Positions 32,218 to 43,188 of a DNA stretch of 64,000 nucleotides are shown here, piece by piece. How positions within the stretch are numbered: position 1 is the stretch's first letter; every line of letters starts with the position of its first letter. Under the pieces are notes generated by a model that saw only the letters and a program-made list of their open reading frames with translations, was not told the DNA's origin and did not search any database. The position numbers and the translations under genes were made by a program. Source of the DNA: Eubacteriales bacterium (lineage in GTDB: Bacteria > Bacillota > Clostridia > Oscillospirales > CAG-272); contig JAZOQA010000059.1 in the NCBI GenBank assembly GCA_045655765.1, forward strand, positions 1,544 to 65,543. The letters are read 5' to 3'.

Positions 32218-34101
32218 ATGACAAATCCGACCACCCGTGTTGCCGTAATCGGTGCGGGACACGCAGGAATCGAGGCGGCACTCGCCTGTGCCCGAATGGG
32301 CGTTGACACGGTTCTTTTCACAACCAATCTCGACGCTGTCGGAAATATGCCGTGCAACCCCTCTATAGGAGGAAGTGCAAAGGGACACCTCGTCTTTGAA
32401 ATAGACGCCCTTGGTGGCGAGATGGGCTATGCGGCAGACCTGACCACCCTCCAATCCCGAACCTTGAATCTTGGCAAGGGGGCGGCGGTTCATTCAAAGC
32501 GCGTTCAGTCCGACAGAGCCGAATATAAAAAGCATATGAAGCGTACCCTTGAGAGTGAGCCGAGACTTCGTCTTGTTCAGTCGGAGATTGTTGACGTTTT
32601 GACCGAAGAAAAGGACGGAGTCGTGACGGTATGCGGCGTTCTCTCCTCGCTTGGAGAGCGTTGGCTTTGCCAGAAGGTGATTTTAGCGACAGGTACGTTC
32701 CTTAACGCACAAATTTTCGTCGGAGATAAGGTATATTCCGCAGGACCTGACGGAATGACGGCGGCAGTGGGGCTTTCCGATTCGCTTCGAGGGCTTGGAA
32801 TAGAGCTTATGCGTTTCAAGACAGGCACACCTGCAAGGGTGCATCGCCGCTCGGTGGACCTCTCGGTGCTTGAGGAGCAGGGGGGCGAGGACGCTCCCGT
32901 TCCGTTCTCGGCGAGGACAGAGGAATACTCGGCACAGATAAAAAACAAGGTCGCCTGCCACGTGGTCTATACCAATTCCCAAACACACAGAATAATAAAC
33001 GAAAATCTCTCCCGCTCGGCGATGTATTCGGGAAATATAACGGGTCAGGGTCCGAGATATTGCCCGTCGATTGAAACAAAGCTCGTCCGCTTCGCCGACA
33101 AGGAAAGACACCAGCTTTTCGTTGAGCCGTGCGGTCTTGACACCGAGGAGCTTTATATTCAAGGCTTTTCAAGCTCTATGCCGTGTGACGTTCAGCACGA
33201 GATGCTCCGCTCGCTTGACGGCTTTGGAGATGCTGAAATAATGCGATATGCGTACGCCATAGAATACGATGCCGCAGAGCCGACACAAATGCTGCCGACG
33301 CTTGAATTTAAAAGGGTCAGGGGGCTTTACGGAGCAGGGCAGTTCAACGGAACGTCGGGCTACGAGGAGGCGGCGGCACAGGGGCTTGTCGCAGGAATAA
33401 ATGCGGCACTTTCCGTCCTTGGGAGTGAACCGATGATACTCGGCAGATATACCTCGTATATAGGAACGCTAATCGACGACCTTGTGACAAAGGGAACGAA
33501 TGAGCCTTACAGAATGATGACCTCAAGGAGCGAGTACCGCCTTTTGCTTCGCCAGGACAACGCCGACGTGCGTCTGACGGAGATAGGCCACCGTGTCGGG
33601 CTTATATCGGACGAAAGATATGAAAAATTCCTTGAAAAGAAGAAAATGATAGACAAAGAGGGGGAGCGTGTCAGAAAATATACCGTCGCTCCCAGCGATG
33701 CGACCAACGCTCTGCTCACACGGCTTGGCTCGACGCCCATAAGCACAGGCATAAAGCTTGCGGAGCTTTTACGCCGCCCCGAGCTTGATTACTATTCGCT
33801 TGCTGAAATCGACCCTCAAAGACCGCCCCTGCCTCGCTCGGTGACGGATGCGGTTTTTGTTGCGGTGAAGTACGAGGGCTATATAAAGCGGGAGCTTGCC
33901 GAGGTTGAGCGGCAAAAACGCCTTGAAGAAAAGCTCTTACCCACCGACATAGATTACTCAAAAATCACGGGACTGAGGCTTGAATCCGCCGAAAAGCTTG
34001 CAAAAATCCGCCCTATAAGCATAGGACAGGCGTCCCGCATAAGCGGAGTAAACCCCGCAGACATCAGCGTGCTTTTGATTTATCTTTCAACAAGAAAATA
34101 A
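32218..34101 (+). CDS. mnmG: tRNA uridine 5-carboxymethylaminomethyl modification enzyme MnmG (GidA)
   Basis: 627 aa. FAD-binding VIGAGHAGIEAA plus overall GidA sequence. Confidence 0.96.
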   Translation: MTNPTTRVAVIGAGHAGIEAALACARMGVDTVLFTTNLDAVGNMPCNPSIGGSAKGHLVFEIDALGGEMGYAADLTTLQSRTLNLGKGAAVHSKRVQSDRAEYKKHMKRTLESEPRLRLVQSEIVDVLTEEKDGVVTVCGVLSSLGERWLCQKVILATGTFLNAQIFVGDKVYSAGPDGMTAAVGLSDSLRGLGIELMRFKTGTPARVHRRSVDLSVLEEQGGEDAPVPFSARTEEYSAQIKNKVACHVVYTNSQTHRIINENLSRSAMYSGNITGQGPRYCPSIETKLVRFADKERHQLFVEPCGLDTEELYIQGFSSSMPCDVQHEMLRSLDGFGDAEIMRYAYAIEYDAAEPTQMLPTLEFKRVRGLYGAGQFNGTSGYEEAAAQGLVAGINAALSVLGSEPMILGRYTSYIGTLIDDLVTKGTNEPYRMMTSRSEYRLLLRQDNADVRLTEIGHRVGLISDERYEKFLEKKKMIDKEGERVRKYTVAPSDATNALLTRLGSTPISTGIKLAELLRRPELDYYSLAEIDPQRPPLPRSVTDAVFVAVKYEGYIKRELAEVERQKRLEEKLLPTDIDYSKITGLRLESAEKLAKIRPISIGQASRISGVNPADISVLLIYLSTRK

Positions 34102-34221
34102 GATAGCCCGTTGATGTGAAACAGATTTTGGGAGAACGCCTTTGGCATAATCGAATAAAAACCTTAATTTAAAAAACCGAGAGGCATCAACCTTGATTTT
34201 TTAGCTTCTTTAAAAACGCAA

Positions 34222-34266
34222 ACGGCAGAAGCACCGCTTTTTGACAATGCTTCTGCCGTTTTTTAT
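34222..34266. terminator. terminator after mnmG (also faces the SGNH gene)
   Basis: ACGGCAGAAGCA-14nt-TGCTTCTGCCGT followed by TTTTTTA. Left copy of a direct repeat pair. Confidence 0.85.
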
Positions 34267-34339
34267 TTGTTTTATGTAGAAATGTGACGCCTCTCTCTTT
34301 GCAGAGAGATAGAGAGACTCTCCTTAAATATTCAAAAAA

Positions 34340-35053
34340 TCAAAGCGTCAAGAGCCATTTCTCGACAATATCTGCGGTGAGATCGTATCCGCGAGAGGTC
34401 ATATGCTGACCGTCGGTATAAAATCCGTCGTTTATATCAGCATTTTCCTGGGGTGTACGCTCGCTGTGATACATCCAGGGCAGATAGGGGTTAAGATAGC
34501 AGCCGTTCCAAAGGTCAAGGCAGGGGATTCCCCATTTTTTGCAAACCTCGGCACATTTTCCGAGATAGACCGCTCTTTCCTTGAAGTTGCTCCATCCAAT
34601 GCCCATTTTCTGTGCAATAATAAAGCCTATCTTCTTGCCGCACCAATATTTGGTAGCACGGTAAAAAATGCTCTCAAGCGCTCCGATAAAGGTTTCCTTG
34701 TCGTAGTTACCGCTAAAATCGACGGGGTTAAGAGCGCCCATTCTCTCACCCATTGTTTCAAAGTATCTTATAAACAGGTCGGCGTCGTTCGAGCCGCCCT
34801 CGAAGATTATATAGTCGGCATCCGGGTGCTCTTCATACATTTTGTCAACCGTAGCGGATACGGAGTGTCTTACCGCTCCCTTATCCGTAATCGGAAAGCC
34901 CTCAGTAAGCGTGCCGCCGCCAATGGCGTAATTGGCAAACTGCATTTCGTTTTTTGCAGCAATGCGTGTTGCCCAGTTTCCCTTTTTCTGGTTGCCCGCA
35001 CAGATTGAATCCCCGTTCCAAATAATTTTCTTGCCAAATAATACGTTGCTCAT
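34340..35053 (-). CDS. SGNH/GDSL-family hydrolase
   Basis: 237 aa. Block I WNGDSICAG, block III EGGSNDA, block V DGQHMT. Confidence 0.75.
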   Translation of the reverse strand: MSNVLFGKKIIWNGDSICAGNQKKGNWATRIAAKNEMQFANYAIGGGTLTEGFPITDKGAVRHSVSATVDKMYEEHPDADYIIFEGGSNDADLFIRYFETMGERMGALNPVDFSGNYDKETFIGALESIFYRATKYWCGKKIGFIIAQKMGIGWSNFKERAVYLGKCAEVCKKWGIPCLDLWNGCYLNPYLPWMYHSERTPQENADINDGFYTDGQHMTSRGYDLTADIVEKWLLTL

Positions 35054-35246
35054 TTTTTCACCTTTCTTTTTTTAATCGCCGCCATAAGGACAAATGAATT
35101 TTTGCTATTAACTATTTTAGCATATTTGTTTAAAAAAAGCAATAGGTTTACGCTATTTATTTGGGCGATATACGAAAAAGCTCCGCCCGAGCGGCTTCTG
35201 TAGTCAGGGGGATTTATTAGCCATCATTTTAATGAAAATACTTGCA

Positions 35247-35289
35247 AAAGCAAACGACAGAAACACTGCTTTTGACAATGCTCCTGTCG
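35247..35289 (-). terminator. terminator after addA
   Basis: CGACAGAAACA...TGCTCCTGTCG. The two non-Watson-Crick positions become G-U pairs only in the minus-strand RNA, followed by a U-rich run. Right copy of the direct repeat pair. Confidence 0.75.
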
Positions 35290-35363
35290 CTTTTATTTGT
35301 TTTCTTTCGAGCCGTGACAGCCCCTTTTCGTTTTTATTCGGTTATGCCGAGCTGCGGCAGCCC

Positions 35364-38300
35364 TTAGCTCTTCATCACGCTTAGTGTGTCCCCAAGGTGC
35401 AAGGAATAGACCTCTGCACTTACAGGGCGTTTTCCGAATATACGCTCTGCCGCAAGACAGTAATAATAAAGCTGGTTTTCGTAGGACTCACGCATTCTTT
35501 TCTCGGCGAGAGCCTTGTCCGAAAGCTCCTCGGCACTGAGGCGGTCGGTCTTGTAATCGACAAGCGAAAGGCTTCCGTCGGGGTTTTCCATTATACAGTC
35601 CATAACGCCCTGCACAAGCACGCACCTGTCGGAAAATTCCGCCTGACGCTCCTTATCCTCTGTAAAGAGAGAAGCGGGTAGGGGCGTGTTAAATCTAAAC
35701 TCTCTGTAAAGAGCTTTTGCACGTCTCATTTTTTCTATAAGATCGGAGTGTGAAAACGCTTCTACCTCGTCAAGACGGACAAGCTCCGCCTCGGTCTTGC
35801 TCATAAAGCTCTCTTCGACAAGCCTTTTTAACTCTTTCTCAGCGCCGCCCACAGCAAGAGCCTCAAAATCGCAGAACTGCAAGAACACGTGAGTTGCAAT
35901 TCCACGCTTTTTGCTAAGCTGCTCCCCGCTCGGTGTTATAAATTCGGGAGTTGTGCGAGAGCCTTTTTCTCTGATTTCAGTCGGCTCTGACACCTCGGAC
36001 GCACCGTCAAGCACAGTGGGGTAAAGTGCGGAAACCGACATCTTCTCAGGCAGAGCTTGCAGGTGAGGAGAGTGATATTTGTAAGTGAATCGGTGGAAAA
36101 GCTCCTCCTCAAGCTCACGGTCTATATCACACGTCTGTGCCACCTCACACTCTTCTGCTTCCTCCAACGCTTCTTCGACAATACCCATACCCGTGTCGAG
36201 ATTTTCGTCGTTTTCTTCTCTTTGCTCGTCTTTTTTCATTTCTGCGAGCAGAGCTGTGACAACAGCGGAGTCGGGTACAAAGGTCTCGGGTGGCTGGGGA
36301 GTATACCCGGAAGCGGAAATAATTACGTCAAGGTGAGAGCTTAAGCGTCTTACGGCGGCGGGCGAGCAAAGTCTTGAATGAAGCTCGAGTTTTTCAAGAT
36401 ATTCTTCAAAATCACCGCTTACAGCACCGACTACGTACAGTCTTTCTCTCGCTCTTGTCAGGGCGACGTAGAGTATACGCAGCTCCTCCTCGAGGTTTAA
36501 GTCCTTCATTCTCTCCTTGACGGCATTCATCATCGGGTTTTCCACAAGGGCAAGACCGTGTGGAGTTCTGTGGCAGAGCGAGGCGCCGAAGCCTATGGAG
36601 AGCAGAAAACGCTCCTTTGTGTCAAGGTTTGTGATTTTCTTGCCCGCATCGGCAAGAAAGACTATCGGAAATTCAAGTCCCTTTGACGAGTGGGCGCTGA
36701 TGACCGTTACGGCATCATCGTCGGCACAGCCGACGTTGCTCTCAAACCTTCCGCCGTCGGCAATTACGTTATTGATGTAGGAAATGAATGAGCGAAGTCC
36801 GCCGAAGGCTGAGCCCTCAAACGAGCGTGCGTACTCGTAAAGGCGGAGCAAATTGTCCTTTTCGCCACACCTGTCGGCAAGCGCGAGCATTCCTGTCTCA
36901 CGGAAGAGCGAGGCAATGAGGCGGTCGGTCCTCTGTCCTGCGGCATTCTCGCGCCACCTGTCGAGGGTGGTGAGGAAGTGTCTGCCCTTTTCAAATTCGG
37001 GGTGGGCATCGCAAAAGTCCACAAGACTTTTATAAAACGGACGGTGCTTATCCCCGCCTCGTATTTTTACAAGCTCGTCGGCAGAAAAGCCGAACAGCGG
37101 CGAGCAAAGAAGCCCCGTTAAGTAAACGTCACGAAGCGGATTGTCTATTGAGTTAAAAAGGCAAAGCGCAAGCAGAACGTCCGAGTTCAAAAGAAAGCTC
37201 TTTTTTCCCGCAGTCTTGACCTTTATGCCGAGCCTCTCAAGTGCCGAGGTGTATATGTCTGCCTTTCCCTTGAGAGAACGGAGTATTACAGCGATGTCGC
37301 ACGGACGCACGGGTGAGCCGTCCTCACGTGTACCCGTGTCGAGAATTTGCTTGATTTTTGCCGCAACAACGGCGGGTGCAATCTTTTCCGCCGCCTCGTT
37401 TTCAACAATTTCATCCTCGTCAGCCAAGAAGAAGATTTCTCCGCTCGGTGTTAAGCAGATTTGTGGTTTTTCGGTGAATGACGGACCGAGAGGGTCTCTG
37501 CCCGCTACAAGTCTGTCTGCGGGAGAGTAGTCTATGCTCTTTGCAAAGGCTCCGAACATTTTGTCAAAAATAGAGTTTACGAAATTTATAACGCCCTCGC
37601 TCGAGCGAAAATTCTTCGACATAAAAATCGAAGCCATAGGTGCGTCGGGGTTCTCGTCAAGGGTAGGATATGAGCGTTTTGCCGCTGCAAAAATGTCGGG
37701 ATTTGCAGAGCGGAAGCTGTATATGCTCTGCTTGATGTCACCGACGGTAAAGCGGTTGTCCGGTCTTGATATCGCTCTGAAAATGCAGTCCTGCAGGTCG
37801 TTTACGTCTTGATACTCGTCTATATATACGGCAAGATATTGCTCGGAAATGCTCCGTGCAAGCTCCGTTGGCGAGCCGTCATTTTTTACAAGGGCGTTGT
37901 AGGTGAGTCTTTCTATGTCTGTGTAGTCGAACATTCCGAGTGACTTCTTGCGGGCAAAAAGAGCCTCGTCAAACACCGAAAGAGTGTTATAAAAGGTTTG
38001 CATCAAGGGGTATAGCTGTTGCATTGTGCTTTTCCACATCTCCGGTGAGTAGGCGAAGAACCTTGCCCCCTCTGATGCAATCTTGTCCTTTTCCGCCTTT
38101 CTTGCACGGAAAAAGAAGTCCATAAGCGCCGTCTTTTCCCTTGCAGGGGGCAGATTTGCAAAATTCAAGTCCGCAATTTCCGCCCTCATCCTCTCGTACG
38201 TTTTGGCTGAGGCTACACGTCCGTAAGCCGCAGCATCGGAGGCGGCAACCCTTGAATATCCCAAGGAACGCTCGTCATCCTCGAGAAGCTCGTCAGCAAG

Positions 38301-39017
38301 AGACGAAAAGAGCTGTGCTCTATATTCAAACTCCTCACGCTCACGCTCGACAATATACCGCCCGAAGACAGTATCGTCGGGACGGACAAAATTCTCGGGG
38401 TTGTATTCCTCAACCATAGGGAGCAGAGTGTCTATGCCGTTGCGTGTTGAACGCAGACGCTCGTGAGCCTTTCTGAACACGTCAAAGACGTCAGCCATCT
38501 TCTTTGAATCAACAAGGCAGTCGGTGAGCATATCGAAGTCCTCGGGGCTGATTTTTTCCAAAAGCTCGCCACGCAGTGCCGCCTCGGCAATACCGTCGAA
38601 CACGTCACGGGAGAGAAGAAGCATCTCCGCCTCGTCGGCAATTCTGTACCCGGGGTTTATTCCTGCCGCCTCGGGAAAGCTCTTTAAGCAGTCACTGCAG
38701 AATGCGTCTATCGTAAGAATTTTTGCCGACGGAAGCAGCAAAAGCTGTCTTTCAAGCCTGCGGTTCTCAGGCTCCTGCTTAAGCCGTGACTTTAAAGCAC
38801 TGCTTATTCTCTCTCTTAACTCACCCGCCGCCGCACGTGTAAAGGTGACGACCAAAATTCTGTTAATGTCGGCAGGATTTTCCTTGTCGGTTATACTCTC
38901 TATTATTCTTTGAGTGAGGGTGGCGGTTTTGCCCGAGCCTGCCGCCGCACTGACGAGCAAGCTCTTTTTTCTTGTGTCTATCGCCGCCCTTTGCTCGGCT
39001 GTCCAATTTCTTGCCAT
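35364..39017 (-). CDS. addA: ATP-dependent helicase/nuclease subunit A (AddA/RexA type)
   Basis: UvrD-like helicase (Walker A AAAGSGKT) plus C-terminal RecB-type nuclease motif GVMDCI...LVDYKTD. Start set to ATG 39017 (GGAGAAGAAAATG) rather than the track's TTG at 39059. Confidence 0.85.
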   Translation of the reverse strand: MARNWTAEQRAAIDTRKKSLLVSAAAGSGKTATLTQRIIESITDKENPADINRILVVTFTRAAAGELRERISSALKSRLKQEPENRRLERQLLLLPSAKILTIDAFCSDCLKSFPEAAGINPGYRIADEAEMLLLSRDVFDGIAEAALRGELLEKISPEDFDMLTDCLVDSKKMADVFDVFRKAHERLRSTRNGIDTLLPMVEEYNPENFVRPDDTVFGRYIVEREREEFEYRAQLFSSLADELLEDDERSLGYSRVAASDAAAYGRVASAKTYERMRAEIADLNFANLPPAREKTALMDFFFRARKAEKDKIASEGARFFAYSPEMWKSTMQQLYPLMQTFYNTLSVFDEALFARKKSLGMFDYTDIERLTYNALVKNDGSPTELARSISEQYLAVYIDEYQDVNDLQDCIFRAISRPDNRFTVGDIKQSIYSFRSANPDIFAAAKRSYPTLDENPDAPMASIFMSKNFRSSEGVINFVNSIFDKMFGAFAKSIDYSPADRLVAGRDPLGPSFTEKPQICLTPSGEIFFLADEDEIVENEAAEKIAPAVVAAKIKQILDTGTREDGSPVRPCDIAVILRSLKGKADIYTSALERLGIKVKTAGKKSFLLNSDVLLALCLFNSIDNPLRDVYLTGLLCSPLFGFSADELVKIRGGDKHRPFYKSLVDFCDAHPEFEKGRHFLTTLDRWRENAAGQRTDRLIASLFRETGMLALADRCGEKDNLLRLYEYARSFEGSAFGGLRSFISYINNVIADGGRFESNVGCADDDAVTVISAHSSKGLEFPIVFLADAGKKITNLDTKERFLLSIGFGASLCHRTPHGLALVENPMMNAVKERMKDLNLEEELRILYVALTRARERLYVVGAVSGDFEEYLEKLELHSRLCSPAAVRRLSSHLDVIISASGYTPQPPETFVPDSAVVTALLAEMKKDEQREENDENLDTGMGIVEEALEEAEECEVAQTCDIDRELEEELFHRFTYKYHSPHLQALPEKMSVSALYPTVLDGASEVSEPTEIREKGSRTTPEFITPSGEQLSKKRGIATHVFLQFCDFEALAVGGAEKELKRLVEESFMSKTEAELVRLDEVEAFSHSDLIEKMRRAKALYREFRFNTPLPASLFTEDKERQAEFSDRCVLVQGVMDCIMENPDGSLSLVDYKTDRLSAEELSDKALAEKRMRESYENQLYYYCLAAERIFGKRPVSAEVYSLHLGDTLSVMKS

Positions 39018-39061
39018 TTTCTTCTCCGTTCTTACCTGTAAGTGCGACCCGTGTCGCAAAA

Positions 39062-39955
39062 TCAGAACTGCTTAATCGGTTTTATAGCCGCTCCGTCTTC
39101 AAATTCTCTTACCTCTCCGAGGGCGAAAAACTCGTCCGAACTGTCATAAAGACGCACACAGCTTCCATATTCCAAAACCGGATTGCCGATTTTTTTAAGG
39201 TAAATCTCCACTCCGTTTTTCGCCAGGCGGGAATAAAAATCGGAGAGGGTGATTTTTTCGTATTTTTCAAAAACACGCTCTATCGGAAGCACTCTTTTTT
39301 CTACCTCTGCCTCATCAAGCTGCATAAGCTCCTCAAGCGTTATGGCATCCTCAAGGGTAAAGCCCGAGGCTTTTGTGCGGCAGAGCGTCTTCATCACACC
39401 GCCCACACCGAGAGCCTTACCTATGTCGGCACAGAGCGTCCTTATGTAAGTCCCCTTGGAGCAGTGGACGTCAAGGGAGTATTCCATTTCGCTCTTTTTT
39501 TCTGCCTTTATGTCAAAAATCTCGACACGCCTCGGCTCTCTTTCGATTTCCTTGCCGGAGCGGGCAAGGTCGCAGAGCTTTTTTCCCCCTACCTTTAGGG
39601 CGGAGTACATAGGTGGAGTTTGCATATATTCGCCGACGAAGCTCCGTATGACGGACAACGCCTCGTCCTCGCTCGGCACACGTTCATCTTGTGTCAGCAC
39701 CGTGCCTGTTACGTCCTCTGTGTCGGTGGTAATTCCGAGCAAGAGCGTGGCACGGTAGTGCTTGTCCGAGGTAATCATATATTCGCTCGCCTTCACGCCT
39801 CTTTCAATCAATACGGGCAGAACCCCCGTTGCAAGCGGGTCGAGCGTGCCTGTATGACCCGCCTTTTTTACGCCGAGCAGCTTTTTTACCCTCGTGACAA
39901 CGCCTTGGGAAGAAAGCCCCTCGCTTTTATTTATAATTATGAGTCCGTTTTTCAT
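39062..39955 (-). CDS. truB: tRNA pseudouridine(55) synthase TruB
   Basis: 297 aa. Catalytic motif GHTGTLDPLATGVL and a C-terminal PUA-like region. Confidence 0.92.
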   Translation of the reverse strand: MKNGLIIINKSEGLSSQGVVTRVKKLLGVKKAGHTGTLDPLATGVLPVLIERGVKASEYMITSDKHYRATLLLGITTDTEDVTGTVLTQDERVPSEDEALSVIRSFVGEYMQTPPMYSALKVGGKKLCDLARSGKEIEREPRRVEIFDIKAEKKSEMEYSLDVHCSKGTYIRTLCADIGKALGVGGVMKTLCRTKASGFTLEDAITLEELMQLDEAEVEKRVLPIERVFEKYEKITLSDFYSRLAKNGVEIYLKKIGNPVLEYGSCVRLYDSSDEFFALGEVREFEDGAAIKPIKQF

Positions 39956-40056
39956 ATTTTGTGCTTCCTATACTTATAATAACTACATTTTACCACATTG
40001 TTTAAGAAAATTCAACTAAACTTAAAAATAAAGACCTCAAAAACCTCAAAATCCTC

Positions 40057-40085
40057 TTGAAATAAGCACATTTGTGGGGTATAAT
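40057..40085 (+). promoter_or_regulatory. sigma-A-type promoter of the ACT/UPF0210 pair
   Basis: TTGAAA, 17 nt, TATAAT. Confidence 0.7.
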
Positions 40086-40122
40086 ATAAATAAATTTTAA
40101 TGAACAAAGGAGAGAAAAGAGA

Positions 40123-40392
40123 GTGAAAGCAGTTGTAACCGTAATAGGCAAGGACAAGGTCGGCATTATCGCTATGGCAAGTGCGGAGTGCTCAAAGCAC
40201 GGAGCAAACATAATAGATATAAGCCAGACGGTAATGAAAGACTATTTTGCTATGATTATGCTTGTTGAAATCGATTCCATAACAACCGAATTTTCTGCAT
40301 TTGCAGAGGAAATGAAAAGGGTCGGAGAGGAGAGCGGTGTGGACATTCGTGTAATGCACGAGGACATCTTCAACACTATGCACAGAATTTAA
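40123..40392 (+). CDS. ACT domain-containing protein (UPF0237 family)
   Basis: 89 aa with GTG start behind [25 protein letters not shown]... is a typical stand-alone ACT protein. Confidence 0.75.
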   Translation: MKAVVTVIGKDKVGIIAMASAECSKHGANIIDISQTVMKDYFAMIMLVEIDSITTEFSAFAEEMKRVGEESGVDIRVMHEDIFNTMHRI

Positions 40393-40393
40393 T

Positions 40394-41752
40394 ATGCTTA
40401 ACACACAGGATATTTTGCAAACTGTCACGATGATAAGAGAGGAAAACCTCGATATCCGTACAGTAACTATGGGTATATCTCTCTTTGACTGTATAAGTGA
40501 CGACCCCAAAAGGCTTGAGGAAAAAATATATGACAAAATCACCACCTCGGCGAAGAATCTGGTCTCGGTTTGCGAGGAGCTTGAGAGAAAATACGGTATA
40601 GCGATAGTAAACAAGCGTATATCCGTGACCCCGATTTCGTATATAGGCTCAGGGCTTTCGAGCGACGGATTTGTAAGACTTGCAAAGGCTCTTGAGCGTG
40701 CGGCACTTGCACTTGGGGTCAACTTCATCGGCGGATTTTCCGCACACGTGCAAAAGGGTGCAATCAAGGGGGCAGAGAACCTCATTGAGTCTATTCCCGA
40801 GGCACTTACGGAAACGACCCGAGTATGCTCAAGCGTCAACGTAGCGACGACAAAGGCGGGCATAAATATGGACGCCGTTAGACGTATGGGTGAAATTATA
40901 AAGCAAACGGCATACCTCACAAGGGAAAACGACTCTATAGGCTGTGCAAAGCTTGTAGTTTTTGCAAACATTCCCGAGGACAATCCCTTTATGGCAGGTG
41001 CGGTACACGGCTTTGGTGAGCCCGACACGGTTATAAACGTCGGCGTAAGCGGACCCGGGGTTGTTTCTGCGGCTATTAAAAAGGCTGGAAAATGCGACTT
41101 TTCCACCCTTGCGGAAACAATTAAAAAGATTGCGTTTAAAATTACGAGAGTCGGTCAGCTCATTGCGGCAGAGGCGGCATCAAGGCTCGGCGTGCCCTAC
41201 GGTATAGTTGACCTCTCCCTGGCCCCCACTCCTGCGGCGGGCGACTCCGTTGCGGAAATTCTTGAAAATATGGGCCTTGAACGCTGCGGCACTCACGGCA
41301 CAACGGCGGCACTCGCCCTGCTCAACGATGCTGTCAAAAAGGGCGGAGTTATGGCATCGAGCCACGTTGGAGGTCTTTCGGGAGCGTTCATTCCCGTTTC
41401 AGAGGACAGAGGTATGATAGATGCAGCGCGGGTGGGTACCTTGACGCTTGAAAAGCTCGAGGCAATGACGGCGGTCTGCTCCGTCGGACTTGATATGATT
41501 GCAATTCCCGGTGACACAAGTGCCGCAACTATTTCAGGCATTATAGCTGATGAAATCTCCATAGGAGTTGTAAACAACAAGACCACGGCGGTAAGAGTTA
41601 TACCCGTCTTTGGCAAGGGCGTTGGAGAGAGTGCAGAGTTTGGGGGTCTGCTCGGATATGCACCGATTATGCCCCTGAAGACTGAGTCGTGCGCCGATTT
41701 CATCGCCCGTGGCGGCAGAATCCCCGCACCTATTCATTCCTTGAAGAATTAA
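40394..41752 (+). CDS. UPF0210 / DUF711 (PFL-like) family protein
   Basis: 452 aa. [11 protein letters not shown]-terminal pattern. Conserved pairing with the UPF0237 ACT protein. Confidence 0.8.
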   Translation: MLNTQDILQTVTMIREENLDIRTVTMGISLFDCISDDPKRLEEKIYDKITTSAKNLVSVCEELERKYGIAIVNKRISVTPISYIGSGLSSDGFVRLAKALERAALALGVNFIGGFSAHVQKGAIKGAENLIESIPEALTETTRVCSSVNVATTKAGINMDAVRRMGEIIKQTAYLTRENDSIGCAKLVVFANIPEDNPFMAGAVHGFGEPDTVINVGVSGPGVVSAAIKKAGKCDFSTLAETIKKIAFKITRVGQLIAAEAASRLGVPYGIVDLSLAPTPAAGDSVAEILENMGLERCGTHGTTAALALLNDAVKKGGVMASSHVGGLSGAFIPVSEDRGMIDAARVGTLTLEKLEAMTAVCSVGLDMIAIPGDTSAATISGIIADEISIGVVNNKTTAVRVIPVFGKGVGESAEFGGLLGYAPIMPLKTESCADFIARGGRIPAPIHSLKN

Positions 41753-42180
41753 CAAAAGAAAAATGAGGCTGCCGTATTTAGGCATAGCCGAACAAAAAAG
41801 ACGAGCATATTGTTTTTTACACAGTATCCTCGTCTTTTCTTTTGCAAAATTTTATTTGCAAATGCCGAAAAGCTAAGCTTTTTTTTATTTTTAAATTTTG
41901 TTCTATGCGTGTTTTCCTCCCTTGCGGTATTTATATACCGCTCTCGGTCGGAAAATGCGAGCCTCTTTTCTGAATCCGTTTGCCAGAGAGTCTGTTCTTA
42001 TTAAGAACCGCTCATTTTTATTTTTCGCCGCAAGCTTTTCACCAAAGTCCTTGATTTTATGGACTTCTTAATGTGACACACCCCCCTGTATGGGGATAGC
42101 CGTTTTTGTATTATTTGCAGTATTTAATTTATAAGATATACAAATCAGCGATTTTGTGTTTTGCAAGCTTTAATTTGCTT

Positions 42181-43188
42181 TTAAAGCAGCTTGATGCCTG
42201 CTTTTTTACATCCTTGGACAGTATCCTTGTCCCAAATGCTTGACTGAACCTCACCGATGTGGGCGCAGCCCATCATCAGCATACAGAGGCGTGACTGTCC
42301 GATGCCGCCGCCGATAGTGAGGGGAAGCTCGCCCGCAAGAAGCATTTTGTGGAACGGAAGCGAGCGTCTGTCGTTGCAGCCTCTCTCGTCGAGCTGGCGC
42401 GAGAGGGACTCTTCGTCTACACGAATGCCCATAGATGAGATTTCAAACGCACGGCCAAGAACCTCGTTATAGAACATTATGTCGCCGTTGAGCTGCCAGT
42501 CGTCGTAGTCGGGGGCACGTCCGTCGTGGGGCTTTCCGCTTTTCAGCTTGCCGCCGATTTGCATAATCAGAGCGGTGCCGTGCTTCTTTAAGAATGCGTC
42601 CTCACGCTCCTTGGGTGTGAGGGTGGGGTACATATCCTCAAGCTCCGAGGTGGTGATGCAGGCGACCTCACGTCGAAGATTGACAGAAAGCTCGGGGAAG
42701 TCAATTTTAAGAAGCTCGTTTGTGTCGCAGATGACACCGACGATTTTTCTGACCGTTTCCTTTAAATAATCGAGCGATCGGTCCTCTTTTGAAATGACCT
42801 TTTCCCAGTCCCACTGGTCAACGTAGATTGAATGAATGTTGTCAAGCTCCTCGTCCCTGCGAATAGCATTCATATCGGTATAAAGACCGTTTCCGACAAA
42901 GAAGTTGTATTCCTTAAGTGCAAGACGCTTCCATTTTGCAAGCGAGTGAACGACCTGTGCGGTCTGGCCAACAGCGGGAACGTCGAATGAGACGGGACGC
43001 TCCGTGCCGTTTAAGTTGTCGTTGAGGCCTGAATTCTCGGTGACAAAGAGGGGTGCGGACACACGCTTTAGTCCGAGTGCTGACGCAAGGCGGTCCTGAA
43101 ACGTACGCTTTATAAACGAAATTGCCTTTTGCGTTCTATATACGTCAAGGGGGCTTTTATAATTTTCGGGAACGTATAGATTTGACAT
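42181..43188 (-). CDS. asnA: aspartate-ammonia ligase (asparagine synthetase A)
   Basis: 335 aa. Class-II aaRS-like AsnA sequence (QKAISFIK..., [11 protein letters not shown]). Confidence 0.85.
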   Translation of the reverse strand: MSNLYVPENYKSPLDVYRTQKAISFIKRTFQDRLASALGLKRVSAPLFVTENSGLNDNLNGTERPVSFDVPAVGQTAQVVHSLAKWKRLALKEYNFFVGNGLYTDMNAIRRDEELDNIHSIYVDQWDWEKVISKEDRSLDYLKETVRKIVGVICDTNELLKIDFPELSVNLRREVACITTSELEDMYPTLTPKEREDAFLKKHGTALIMQIGGKLKSGKPHDGRAPDYDDWQLNGDIMFYNEVLGRAFEISSMGIRVDEESLSRQLDERGCNDRRSLPFHKMLLAGELPLTIGGGIGQSRLCMLMMGCAHIGEVQSSIWDKDTVQGCKKAGIKLL

